DNA from: Candidatus Methanophagaceae archaeon GoMg1
GTDB taxonomy: Archaea; Halobacteriota; Syntropharchaeia; Alkanophagales; Methanospirareceae
NCBI GenBank assembly: GCA_013180605.1
Contig: QBUL01000188.1
Span: forward strand, 1-56,762
DNA: 56,762 bases
Reading direction: 5' to 3'
Shown here: one piece after another, positions 35,387 to 43,687 of the stretch
Numbering within the stretch: the stretch's first letter is position 1
How the letters are laid out: each line of letters starts with the position of its first letter
Translations under genes and position numbers: made by a program
The notes under the pieces: generated by a model
Seen by the model: only the letters and a program-made list of their open reading frames with translations
Database searches by the model: none
What the model was told of the DNA's origin: nothing

Positions 35387-35626
35387 ATGAATAAAGAAGA
35401 CATTGAATGGCTGCGTATAACGGAAGGCATCTGCAAGTCGGTGCCTGTGGTGTACAATGAGAACCGCGTAGGTTCCAATGCCATAACTGACCGAGTTCAG
35501 GTCCATAGCCGGCCGATACACGTGAATTCACTCGAGAACATTGTCAAGCAGGTGGTTGAGGATGTGACAAAACGTAAGGCATATGTCGTAACCGAGGGTA
35601 CGGCAGGCTATATCTTGAACCTATGA
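35387..35626 (+). CDS. Hypothetical 79-aa protein
   Basis: ORF with a 4-nt ATGA overlap onto the following methyltransferase gene. No recognisable motif. Confidence 0.4.
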   Translation: MNKEDIEWLRITEGICKSVPVVYNENRVGSNAITDRVQVHSRPIHVNSLENIVKQVVEDVTKRKAYVVTEGTAGYILNL

Positions 35627-36444
35627 ACGATAACGATAGAGATAACCGTGGCAAGTTAAAGGAAAACATCGAAAAGCCATATTATGGCTACCGTGTGGTG
35701 AAATATTTCATCGCGGCTTTAATCGCAGGAGGAATTGTAAGCATAGCACTTGCAATCGTCTTTACAACATGGAGTTCAATTTTATGCGGGGTTTTAGGTG
35801 TAATCTTACTCTCTTTTGGAGTGTTCTGGCATCTCTCGATGGGCTGGGTGAACGTTCCTGAGAAAATAGAACTCGTAAAGGATAAGTTCTCAAACCAGTT
35901 AGAAAACGTCTGGGCTGGCAATGGAAAAGTGCTGGATATGGGAACGGGGCTTGGTCGTGTGGCAATTGAAATAGCTAAGCAATTCCCCGAGGCACAAGTA
36001 GTTGGCGTGGATACGTGGACAAAAGGCTGGAAATTATTTGGGATGACGAAAGCAGGAGCTGAGAGAAATGCAAGAATTGAAAATGTGAGTGAACGATGCA
36101 CATTCCAAACTGATAGTGCGCTTGACCTGCCATTCGAGGATGGAGAATTTCAATTAGTGGTAAGTTCATTTGCCTTTCACGAGATTAATGTGTCGGACCG
36201 AACGGTTCTCTTCAAAGAAGCCATCCGACTCCTCGCTCCTGGCGGTGTGTTCGTGATATGCGACCCTTTCAGTGGTTCTTTCTTGAAGGCATATAAAGCG
36301 AAGAACATGCCTGAACTGCTCGAAAAGGTGCAGCGGATGGATGTTGAAGACGCGAAGTTTGTGAGTTTTAAGGAGGCGGGTGTCAATCTCGGCAGGCTCG
36401 CACATATCTGGGAAATGGGGTATTTGAGCGGGAGGAAAGTATAA
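35623..36444 (+). CDS. Class I SAM-dependent methyltransferase with two N-terminal TM helices
   Basis: VLDMGTGLGRVA (motif I), VGVD, LVVSSFAFHE, LAPGGVF. Confidence 0.75.
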   Translation: MNDNDRDNRGKLKENIEKPYYGYRVVKYFIAALIAGGIVSIALAIVFTTWSSILCGVLGVILLSFGVFWHLSMGWVNVPEKIELVKDKFSNQLENVWAGNGKVLDMGTGLGRVAIEIAKQFPEAQVVGVDTWTKGWKLFGMTKAGAERNARIENVSERCTFQTDSALDLPFEDGEFQLVVSSFAFHEINVSDRTVLFKEAIRLLAPGGVFVICDPFSGSFLKAYKAKNMPELLEKVQRMDVEDAKFVSFKEAGVNLGRLAHIWEMGYLSGRKV

Positions 36445-36466
36445 AGTTATATTCTGGAGACATTGG

Positions 36467-36556
36467 ATGAAGATAATATTCGTTTGGATAATTCTGTCGC
36501 TGATATATTTCAATTACCAAGCCTATAAATCATATGGAAGAGGAGAAAAGAGATGA
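36467..36556 (+). CDS. Possible 29-aa single-TM mini-ORF coupled to the next gene
   Basis: MKIIFVWIILSLIYFNYQAYKSYGRGEKR*. GGAGA 7 nt upstream. The stop overlaps ATG 36553 (ATGA). Confidence 0.25.
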   Translation: MKIIFVWIILSLIYFNYQAYKSYGRGEKR

Positions 36557-37458
36557 ACAAGAAGATATACTTTTACTACATCGTGATTGCAGTATTATAT
36601 CCCATAGTCAAATTGATTTGCTACATCAACGGTCTTGTTTACTTGCGTGGAGTGATATATGGACTAATTGCAGGGGTTTTGACAATCACCATCGGAATTC
36701 TCGCGTTTAAAGAGTATGGTGGAGCAGATAAGCCGGTGTGGCACTGGCTGGCTGCTCTGATACCTCTGATTATCATTCCACTTACTCCTATTGTTATGAT
36801 TCTTCATTTAGGGCTCAGGATGTTTCTGATGGAGAAAATGACCCCATTTATGATATTTGAAGGCATCGCGGTTGCTCAATTCATCGTGGCTATTTTGATG
36901 TTCCGGGGTTTGATATTCAAACGAGGAACGGATAAGCAGAAGATGCCTCGCGTTGGGTTTGCGATAATGAAGACGGTATTAACCCTACGCAGCATATTTA
37001 AAAAGCCAGAAAGAATCTTACGTGAGATGGGACTCCAGAAAGGACAAACTGTTCTGGATTACGGATGTGGAATAGGGAGTTTTAGTATCCCGGCGGCGAA
37101 AATGGTCGGCGATGATGGCGTTGTTTATGCGCTGGATATTCATCCTCTGGCTATAAAAGCGGTTGAGAAAGAGATTAAAAAGAAAGGAATTTCGAACATC
37201 AAAACGATTCTCTACTCACGAGGAACGGGATTGCCGGATGAGAGTGTAGATGTTGTTTTATTATACGATGTCTTTCAAATGCTAAGTGACAAGGAGAAAT
37301 TGTTGGAGGAACTACACAGGGTATTGAAATCGGGTGGAGTTCTTTTTGCTACTGCTGAACATCTCGACCCGAAAGAATTTATGAATATCTTTGCACGGGG
37401 GAATTTGTTCACATTGATTGAGCATCGCGGGGAAGTATTCCGGTTTAAGAGGGATTGA
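36553..37458 (+). CDS. Class I SAM-dependent methyltransferase fused to a ~4-TM N-terminal domain
   Basis: VLDYGCGIGSFS (motif I), YALDIH, VVLLYDVF, LKSGGVL. Confidence 0.75.
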   Translation: MNKKIYFYYIVIAVLYPIVKLICYINGLVYLRGVIYGLIAGVLTITIGILAFKEYGGADKPVWHWLAALIPLIIIPLTPIVMILHLGLRMFLMEKMTPFMIFEGIAVAQFIVAILMFRGLIFKRGTDKQKMPRVGFAIMKTVLTLRSIFKKPERILREMGLQKGQTVLDYGCGIGSFSIPAAKMVGDDGVVYALDIHPLAIKAVEKEIKKKGISNIKTILYSRGTGLPDESVDVVLLYDVFQMLSDKEKLLEELHRVLKSGGVLFATAEHLDPKEFMNIFARGNLFTLIEHRGEVFRFKRD

Positions 37459-37528
37459 AATTGTTTATGCGCCTAAAAAGTATATCAGAGATATTGTTTT
37501 GTTAGGATAGCGTAAATGGAGAAGTAAA

Positions 37529-38380
37529 ATGGACGAGAATTACTACCAATATATAAGAGGATTCTTTGGAAAATGGGCATCGTTCTATAATTTTATTGCT
37601 TTGCCTTTAACCGGCATAAGGAATAAGGTTGCAGACATGGTTGACTCAAAAGACAAAATAAAGATTCTGGACGTCTGCACGGGAACCGGGACACAGGCTT
37701 TTGCGTTTGCGAAAAAGGGTTATGAAGTCGTGGGGATTGATTTGTCAGAAGAAATGTTGCAGGTGGCTAAGAAAAAGAGCAAATACGGAAATGTGCGATT
37801 TGTGATGGCAGATGCAACTAAAATGCCATTTGAACCCGTTTATTTCGACTTTGCATGCATTTCTTTTGGACTGCATGAAATGCCACACGAGGTCAGACAC
37901 CAGGTGTTGGACGAAATGAAAAGAGTTAGCGAGAAAATAATCGTTGTTGACTATCACATTCCGAAGGACAGGTTGCATAGATGGCTGCACGTGTCTTTTG
38001 CATCACTTTACGAGAGCAAGTATTACAGAGATTTTGCAAAACGAAATCTTGAGGAATTGTTGCGAGAACACGGTTTTCGTGCGGTCAAAGAAGCTTACGG
38101 GCTGATGGATTTTGTTAAGATATTTGTGTGTGAGCGGAAATCGTTTGAGGGAAAACAAGAAAATAAATCGTTGACACAGATTAACACAGACAAGATGAAA
38201 CGAGCAATGCCGTTAAAAATATGCCAGCCAGCCCAACAAAAAAGAAAAAATCAGTGTAAATCAGTGTCTCAAATAGAAGGCGGTTATACTTTATATACAA
38301 GGATAAAAATGGAAGACATATTATTAATAATATCTCTGATCTTTGTTGGGCAAACTTTCTATGGTAAGGTAATAATATGA
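37529..38380 (+). CDS. Class I SAM-dependent methyltransferase (UbiE/COQ5-like) with a repeat-encoded C-terminal extension
   Basis: ILDVCTGTGTQA, VGIDLSEEML, ISFGLHEM. The fold ends near 38117. The last ~87 codons read through cassette 38161-38300 because no stop is met. Confidence 0.7.
   Translation: MDENYYQYIRGFFGKWASFYNFIALPLTGIRNKVADMVDSKDKIKILDVCTGTGTQAFAFAKKGYEVVGIDLSEEMLQVAKKKSKYGNVRFVMADATKMPFEPVYFDFACISFGLHEMPHEVRHQVLDEMKRVSEKIIVVDYHIPKDRLHRWLHVSFASLYESKYYRDFAKRNLEELLREHGFRAVKEAYGLMDFVKIFVCERKSFEGKQENKSLTQINTDKMKRAMPLKICQPAQQKRKNQCKSVSQIEGGYTLYTRIKMEDILLIISLIFVGQTFYGKVII
38161..38300 (+). promoter_or_regulatory. Intergenic cassette upstream of the dtxR/feoA-feoB operon (lies inside the extended methyltransferase ORF)
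   Basis: aaataaatcgttgacacagattaacacagacaagatg ... aatcagtgtaaatcagtgtctcaaatagaaggcggttatactttatatacaa. Confidence 0.6.
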
Positions 38381-38976
38381 CTGAAGAATCTGACATTCTA
38401 CGAATAGTAGAAGAGGATATACTGAGGATATTGGGTGAAGAGAAAAGTAAAAGAGTCTCATTAGAATCTATAAAATCCGAGATTAACGTCGCTTATTTAT
38501 TCATATCCAACGCAATTAAAGAATTGGAGAGAGGGGGATCAGTACAATCCCAAGGTGACTTTATTGTATTAACAAAGGAAGGGTTTGGCAAGGCAGAAAA
38601 TATTGTTAAAAGACACTTAGTCCTTGAGAATTACTTTAAAATTAAAAGAACGAGAAGCGAAAGAGAAGCGCATAAAATGACCGATATCCTTGAACACTAC
38701 ATCTCTAAAGAAGTTATTGAGCACATAAAAAAGTTGTCTACATTTAAAACGGAAGGCTTTCCGCTGACAAAACTCGCGCTTAACAAAGAAGGCATAATCA
38801 CGGATATTCTGTTCCCTGACTACGGATTATTTGAAAGAATAGTCAGTATGGGCATCGTTCCCAGTGAGAAAATCAAGGTCATGTACAAGATTCCGGATGG
38901 CATGGTTATTTACGTTGGTGGCAAGAAATTCGCGTTGGGTAATGAAATCGCAAAAGGGATAGAGGTGTTGGGATGA
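38377..38976 (+). CDS. DtxR-family metal-dependent regulator with a C-terminal FeoA (SH3-like) domain
   Basis: wHTH N-terminus, KRHLVLENYF (DtxR dimerisation-helix motif), C-terminal FeoA-like GIVPSEKIKV. Confidence 0.65.
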   Translation: MTEESDILRIVEEDILRILGEEKSKRVSLESIKSEINVAYLFISNAIKELERGGSVQSQGDFIVLTKEGFGKAENIVKRHLVLENYFKIKRTRSEREAHKMTDILEHYISKEVIEHIKKLSTFKTEGFPLTKLALNKEGIITDILFPDYGLFERIVSMGIVPSEKIKVMYKIPDGMVIYVGGKKFALGNEIAKGIEVLG

Positions 38977-40865
38977 AACTCAGGATTATCTTAGTTGGGC
39001 AACCCAATGTCGGGAAATCATGCTTACTCAATGCCTTGGTTGGTCCTGAAGTTATCGTATCTAATTATCCTGGAACTACGGTTGAAGTAACCACAGCTGA
39101 AAAGACAGTCGCAGGCGAAGAGATGGTGTTTTTAGATAGCCCAGGAATCTATTCTATTTCTGACAGAAGCGAAGAGGAGAAGGTTACAGAAAAGGCATTA
39201 TTTGAAGAGGAGATAGACGGAGCAATAATAATTGCCGATTCGGTTTCTCTTGAAAGAAGCCTTTATCTGGCATTTCAAGTATTAGAAGCTGAGATTCCCG
39301 TTGTTATAGCTCTTAATTTTGTTGAGAGCGCCGAGAAGAAGGGGATAAGAATAGCTCATAAGAAATTGAGTAAAATACTGGGCGCTCCCGTCATCCCTCT
39401 CAATCCTTTAAAAAAGTGGGGAATAGACGAACTTGTAAACGCACTTTTGGAGATCAAAGAAACTAAGGGCAAGACTTTCACTGTTAGATATGACGATCAC
39501 ATAGAGGACGCAATAATGGAGGTATCCTCGCAGGTGACGAGAACGCAACTGCCAAAGAGATTCGTAGCATTAAGAGTTTTGGAAGAAGACGCGGATTTTT
39601 ACGGATACTTGAGAGATAAACGAACAATCAAAGCGGTTAAAGAAGGTTTAATCGAGCACCCAAAAGTTGCAGAGGACATCGCAATAACAAGATACGGTAC
39701 AGCGGCTTTTATTTCCGGGAAGGTAACCCATTTAGTTCATGTAGAAGAAGCAGCAAGAAGTTTGGATGAGAGGCTCGATGGGGCTCTTCTACACTCGTTA
39801 GGGGGGCCTATTCTCACTATTCTAACATTCGTCACCATTTTTGGTGCGCTGCTGTTCATTGGAAGCTGGATTCAAGACATCCTCACTGGCTTTACAGAAT
39901 ACCTTTTGTCATTGATTCATTTAGGTGTGGGTTTCGGTGGTACAGCGTTAGAAGCGGGTTTAGCAGGGATGATGGCGGGCATTTCCATTGCTTTGCCTTA
40001 CGTCTTTATATTTTACATCCTTTTTACGCTGATTGAAGATGCTGGACTACTCTCAAGATTCGTCGTCAACTTGGAGAGATTTTTAAGATGGTTTAATCTC
40101 CCGGGAAGGGCGATCATACCCTTAGCTTTAGGCTTGGGTTGCACCGTACCCGCTACGAGGAGTACGCGAATTCTGTTTACAAAGAAAGAGAAGTTCTTTA
40201 CAGCATCCTTACTTAGCTGTGTACCCTGCTCTTCTCGAATCGCCATAATAATGGGTGTAGTTGGCTATTTTGGTAGCAAATGGTTGGCTCTTTCCGTTTT
40301 TATTACGCTCTTCGTTTCTTTTTTAGTTTGGGGCTACATAGTGAAGAGGATTACACGAATAGAGAAGAAGCCCGTGCTCTATGAATTGCCGGAATTGCCC
40401 CCTTATAGAATACCTTCAATTGGAAATATCGTTACCAAGAGCTGGATTAGAATGAAGACCTTTGTATATCTCGTTGTACCCCTGTTATTCTTAGGTGGAG
40501 TGGCATACGCGGGATTGGATGCTTTAGGACTCACCAATGTGATCGTGGCACCTCTATCGCCGATTACCTGGTGGTTAGATTTGCCTAATGTAGCCATTAT
40601 CCCGTTGGTATTTGGATTTTTGCAGAAGGATTTAACCGGCTCAATGCTTCTGTTAGTTTTAGGCGGTAAAGTATCCTCTGTTTTAACTCCTCTTCAGATT
40701 TACACCTTTGGTGTTGCCGCTACTATTGGAATCCCGTGCATAATCGCTTTAGGAATGTTTATTAAAGAATTTGGCTTCAATAAAGCGGTGCTTTTAACCG
40801 CAGCATCAATACTGTATGGTTTATTATTCGCGGGTTTAGCTTGGAGGCTAATATCGCTTTTTTGA
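38973..40865 (+). CDS. feoB: Ferrous iron transporter FeoB
   Basis: G-domain GQPNVGKS, DSPG, NFVE, followed by a polytopic membrane domain. 4-nt overlap with the upstream gene. Confidence 0.92.
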   Translation: MKLRIILVGQPNVGKSCLLNALVGPEVIVSNYPGTTVEVTTAEKTVAGEEMVFLDSPGIYSISDRSEEEKVTEKALFEEEIDGAIIIADSVSLERSLYLAFQVLEAEIPVVIALNFVESAEKKGIRIAHKKLSKILGAPVIPLNPLKKWGIDELVNALLEIKETKGKTFTVRYDDHIEDAIMEVSSQVTRTQLPKRFVALRVLEEDADFYGYLRDKRTIKAVKEGLIEHPKVAEDIAITRYGTAAFISGKVTHLVHVEEAARSLDERLDGALLHSLGGPILTILTFVTIFGALLFIGSWIQDILTGFTEYLLSLIHLGVGFGGTALEAGLAGMMAGISIALPYVFIFYILFTLIEDAGLLSRFVVNLERFLRWFNLPGRAIIPLALGLGCTVPATRSTRILFTKKEKFFTASLLSCVPCSSRIAIIMGVVGYFGSKWLALSVFITLFVSFLVWGYIVKRITRIEKKPVLYELPELPPYRIPSIGNIVTKSWIRMKTFVYLVVPLLFLGGVAYAGLDALGLTNVIVAPLSPITWWLDLPNVAIIPLVFGFLQKDLTGSMLLLVLGGKVSSVLTPLQIYTFGVAATIGIPCIIALGMFIKEFGFNKAVLLTAASILYGLLFAGLAWRLISLF

Positions 40866-40871
40866 GGTTAA

Positions 40872-41436
40872 TTGGTAATTCAGTCGTTTACGGTGATGAA
40901 CTCTTTTATCATTGGAATAGTCACGTTCTGGATTATTGATAGAACCCTGCCACACATAAATCCAGAGTTGCTTAAAAAAGAAAAGAGATCCATTGAAAGA
41001 AGCGTTACCATGCTTGTTATCGGCATGGCTTTGCATAACCTCCCAGAAGGATTGGCAATTGGGGTTGGATTTGCTTTAACGCCTGCATTGGGAATTGTGA
41101 TAGCAGTGGGGATTGCAGCACAGGACGTGCCAGAGAATATCGCAACAATCGTTCCTTTATACGGCTTAACGAAAAAGCGAATGAAATCCTTTATTATTTA
41201 TAGTAACGGTGACAATCGGGTTTGAATTACTTGGTTTTATTTTTGGCTACTATTTTTTAAAAGGGATGTCTTTAGATTTATTAGGCGCCTCGCTTGCACT
41301 TGCAGCAGGATTTATGACCTACATTTCCGTAGAAGAACTGATTCCAGCAGCACAAATAAAACAGAATTTAAAAACAGGTCTTACCGGTCTTATTTTGGGA
41401 TTGGTGTGCGTTTTATTAATCTGCCTTTTAGGTTAA
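40872..41436 (+). pseudogene. ZIP-family metal transporter, N-terminally short and frameshifted
   Basis: HNLPEGLAIGVGF and AAQDVPENIA lie in ORF 40872-41225. LALAAGFMTYISVEELIPAA lies in ORF 41209-41436. The frames join if one base is removed in the T/A-rich stretch 41187-41200. Only ~6 of the usual 8 TM segments are present. Confidence 0.65.
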
Positions 41437-41468
41437 ATGATGATAAAAATGATTAATAATAGAAAAAC

Positions 41469-41590
41469 AAAATAAATTATAGACACCGATTAATGCAGAT
41501 TAACACAGATAGATGGCAAAAATCAGCAATGTTAGACTCAAATAAATCCATGTCTTAAATAGAAATTAGGGGAGTTATAGTTTGTATACA
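41469..41590 (+). promoter_or_regulatory. Intergenic cassette (diverged right module) after the ZIP gene
   Basis: aaaataaattatagacaccgattaatgcagattaacacagatagatg ... aataaatccatgtcttaaatagaaattaggggagttatagtttgtataca. Confidence 0.55.
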
Positions 41591-41935
41591 ACGAAAAGAA
41601 AAAACATAAATCCATTCCCTTTGTTAGACCGCTTCCTATCCACCTAATATGTTTAGGTTTATTCTAAATTTTTATTGCTTATTTCAAGCAATGTTTCTTA
41701 TAGTTCACTATATAAAGTGGGGAATTTATTAGAAATGCATGAAAGCAATACGGTCTACCTATGCTAAGACGTATGCTATTGCCAATCCTCAATTTGAATC
41801 ATTAGCATAAAAGAAAACCACAGTTTAAAAAATCCGTGATGCACGGGGATTTGCCCGCACGCCTTCGGCGGCGCTAAAGGGTACTGTAGCAAGTGCATCA
41901 ATAAGTCCCATGAAGTGCTAAAAAGGGATAGAAAA

Positions 41936-42937
41936 ATGGAAAAACAAAAAGCCTTCAGAATTTATGGAAAAGTGCGAGAACTGGAAAGTATGATTGGAGT
42001 CCCAGGCTTGAAAATTGAAGCTTTGGATAAAGACCTTATATTTGACGACCGCTTAGGTTCTGTTACTACGGACATTGATGGCAACTTCGAGATCAGATAT
42101 GAGAAAGAAGATTTTCAGGAACTTTTCTTTGATCAACGACCGGACATCTACCTTAGAATTAAAAACCCGGATGGAAAGTTAGTTTCTACAACCGAAGACA
42201 AGGTCAGATACGGGGCCAATAGAACAGAAGAATTTGTTATAAATCTCCCTAAAAAGTTACTAAAGGGAGGCGAAAGTATGAAAGAAAAAATAGAAGATAG
42301 TAGGGAACTTAGGGGTAGAATCCTAAGAGATAAGGAACTGCTAAGACATCTTAGCGAGAAGATTGCAGAGATACTTAATGGAAAGGTGGAGATTGGAGAA
42401 GATGAGGCATACACGTTTGTGCCATTCGTCTATGAAAAACCCGTATTTGCGCCAGAGATATTCGCAGGGCCAGTCCGGCGGGTAAGGAAAACGGAGCCCC
42501 CACCGTGGTGGTGGGAAGGGCTACCGGCACCTGAAATTCTACAGCACTTGGAAAAACACAGGGTCACGGAAAAACCAACTCCAGAGCTTGCTATGTCACT
42601 CGGAGAGCAGATAATCAGAAATAAAAAGCTTCTCGGGGAACTCAGTGAGGGTGTATCAAGTGTTCTAAAAGAGCATGGTGTTGCTATTAGCGAGGATGTC
42701 ACGTATGTATTTTCGCCGATAGTCTACAAAAAGCCAACCTTTGCACACGAGATGTTTATGGATGTAAAGCCATCAATGTTTGCGTCCATGGTAGCTGCAG
42801 ACCCAACTCCACAGCCCGCAATAGCATCAGCTACTGCACTCCGAGCTTCAGAATCAGCTTCAATGCGTATCGTCACTCCCATAGATGGGATACCCGCACC
42901 GGAACTTCTGTATGCTTTGGATAAGCTCAGATTTTAG
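41936..42937 (+). CDS. Repeat-module protein A: beta-sandwich N-domain plus two ~100-aa modules (candidate radical SAM substrate)
   Basis: N-domain FRIYGKV...GLKIEALDKD...LGSVTTDIDGNFEI...RPDIYLRIKNPDG is carboxypeptidase-regulatory/transthyretin-like. Then two modules share ELR.RI...K.LL..LSE.I...L......EDE.Y.FVP.VYKKP.FA.E.F ... G.P.P.LL..L.K.R. No Cys. Internal GGGAGG plus ATG at 42278. Confidence 0.6.
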   Translation: MEKQKAFRIYGKVRELESMIGVPGLKIEALDKDLIFDDRLGSVTTDIDGNFEIRYEKEDFQELFFDQRPDIYLRIKNPDGKLVSTTEDKVRYGANRTEEFVINLPKKLLKGGESMKEKIEDSRELRGRILRDKELLRHLSEKIAEILNGKVEIGEDEAYTFVPFVYEKPVFAPEIFAGPVRRVRKTEPPPWWWEGLPAPEILQHLEKHRVTEKPTPELAMSLGEQIIRNKKLLGELSEGVSSVLKEHGVAISEDVTYVFSPIVYKKPTFAHEMFMDVKPSMFASMVAADPTPQPAIASATALRASESASMRIVTPIDGIPAPELLYALDKLRF

Positions 42938-42963
42938 TAAATGGATAAATAGGAGTAAATAAT

Positions 42964-43641
42964 ATGGAAGAGAAGATAGAGCGAAGTGAAGAGCTTCGGG
43001 ATAGAATCATCAAGGATGAAAAACTGCTGAGAGACCTCAGTGAAACAATATCGGGGATACTGAAAGGAAATGTAAAACTTGAAGAAGATGAGACCTATGC
43101 ATTTGTCCCGCTCGTATACAAAAAACCAATCTTTGCGCCAGAGATATTTACAAGTGTGGTCTCGATAGAGAAGATACCTTTTGGTGGGGCGGGACCATTG
43201 GACCCTTTGTTTGCAGTCGTGTTGGAAAAATACAGAGTGAGGGATGACGAGCCTCTACCTGTCGGAAAGTCACTCAGAGAACAGATACTCAGTAACAAGG
43301 CACTGCTAAATGAGCTCAGTGCGGGCATATCAAAAGTTCTCATGAAACATGGTGTAGCATTTGAAAACGATGAAACATACGCATTCATGCCGGTCGTGTT
43401 CAAAAAACCAGTCTTCACATCAGAACCCGTTCCATGGATAACCTCAGGAATCCGTGCATTCTCAGATGCATCTCCTGTTATGCTCGGTCCACAACCAGAA
43501 CCTCCGGACAGCCCTACACGTATAGCGCGATTTTCGACGATTGCACTGATTGAAAAGTATGGGATATTACCCCAACCTTTTCCCGGTCCTCTGGATCCAT
43601 GGCTATTGAACGTGTTAGAGAAATCCCGAATACAAAAGTAA
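42964..43641 (+). CDS. Repeat-module protein B: two modules, paralog of the C-terminal two thirds of protein A
   Basis: MEEKIERSEELRDRIIKDEKLLRDLSETISGILKGNVKLEEDETYAFVPLVYKKPIFAPEIF, and a second module SLREQILSNKALLNELSAGISKVLMKHGVAFENDETYAFMPVVFKKPVFTSE. No Cys. Confidence 0.6.
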   Translation: MEEKIERSEELRDRIIKDEKLLRDLSETISGILKGNVKLEEDETYAFVPLVYKKPIFAPEIFTSVVSIEKIPFGGAGPLDPLFAVVLEKYRVRDDEPLPVGKSLREQILSNKALLNELSAGISKVLMKHGVAFENDETYAFMPVVFKKPVFTSEPVPWITSGIRAFSDASPVMLGPQPEPPDSPTRIARFSTIALIEKYGILPQPFPGPLDPWLLNVLEKSRIQK

Positions 43642-43687
43642 TGATGAGATAAAGCAATCTCATCCCTTTTTTCATTTTTTTATCTAC

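Noticed and set aside
41649-41732. 27-aa aromatic-rich ORF (MFRFILNFYCLFQAMFLIVHYIKWGIY), and other 10-13-codon ORFs in the leader, as possible small precursor peptides for the radical SAM enzyme.
   Set aside because: - It lies in very A/T-rich DNA where such ORFs arise by chance.
- It has no ribosome-binding site and overlaps the putative TATA box.
- The much better conserved repeat modules in the two upstream proteins are stronger substrate candidates.
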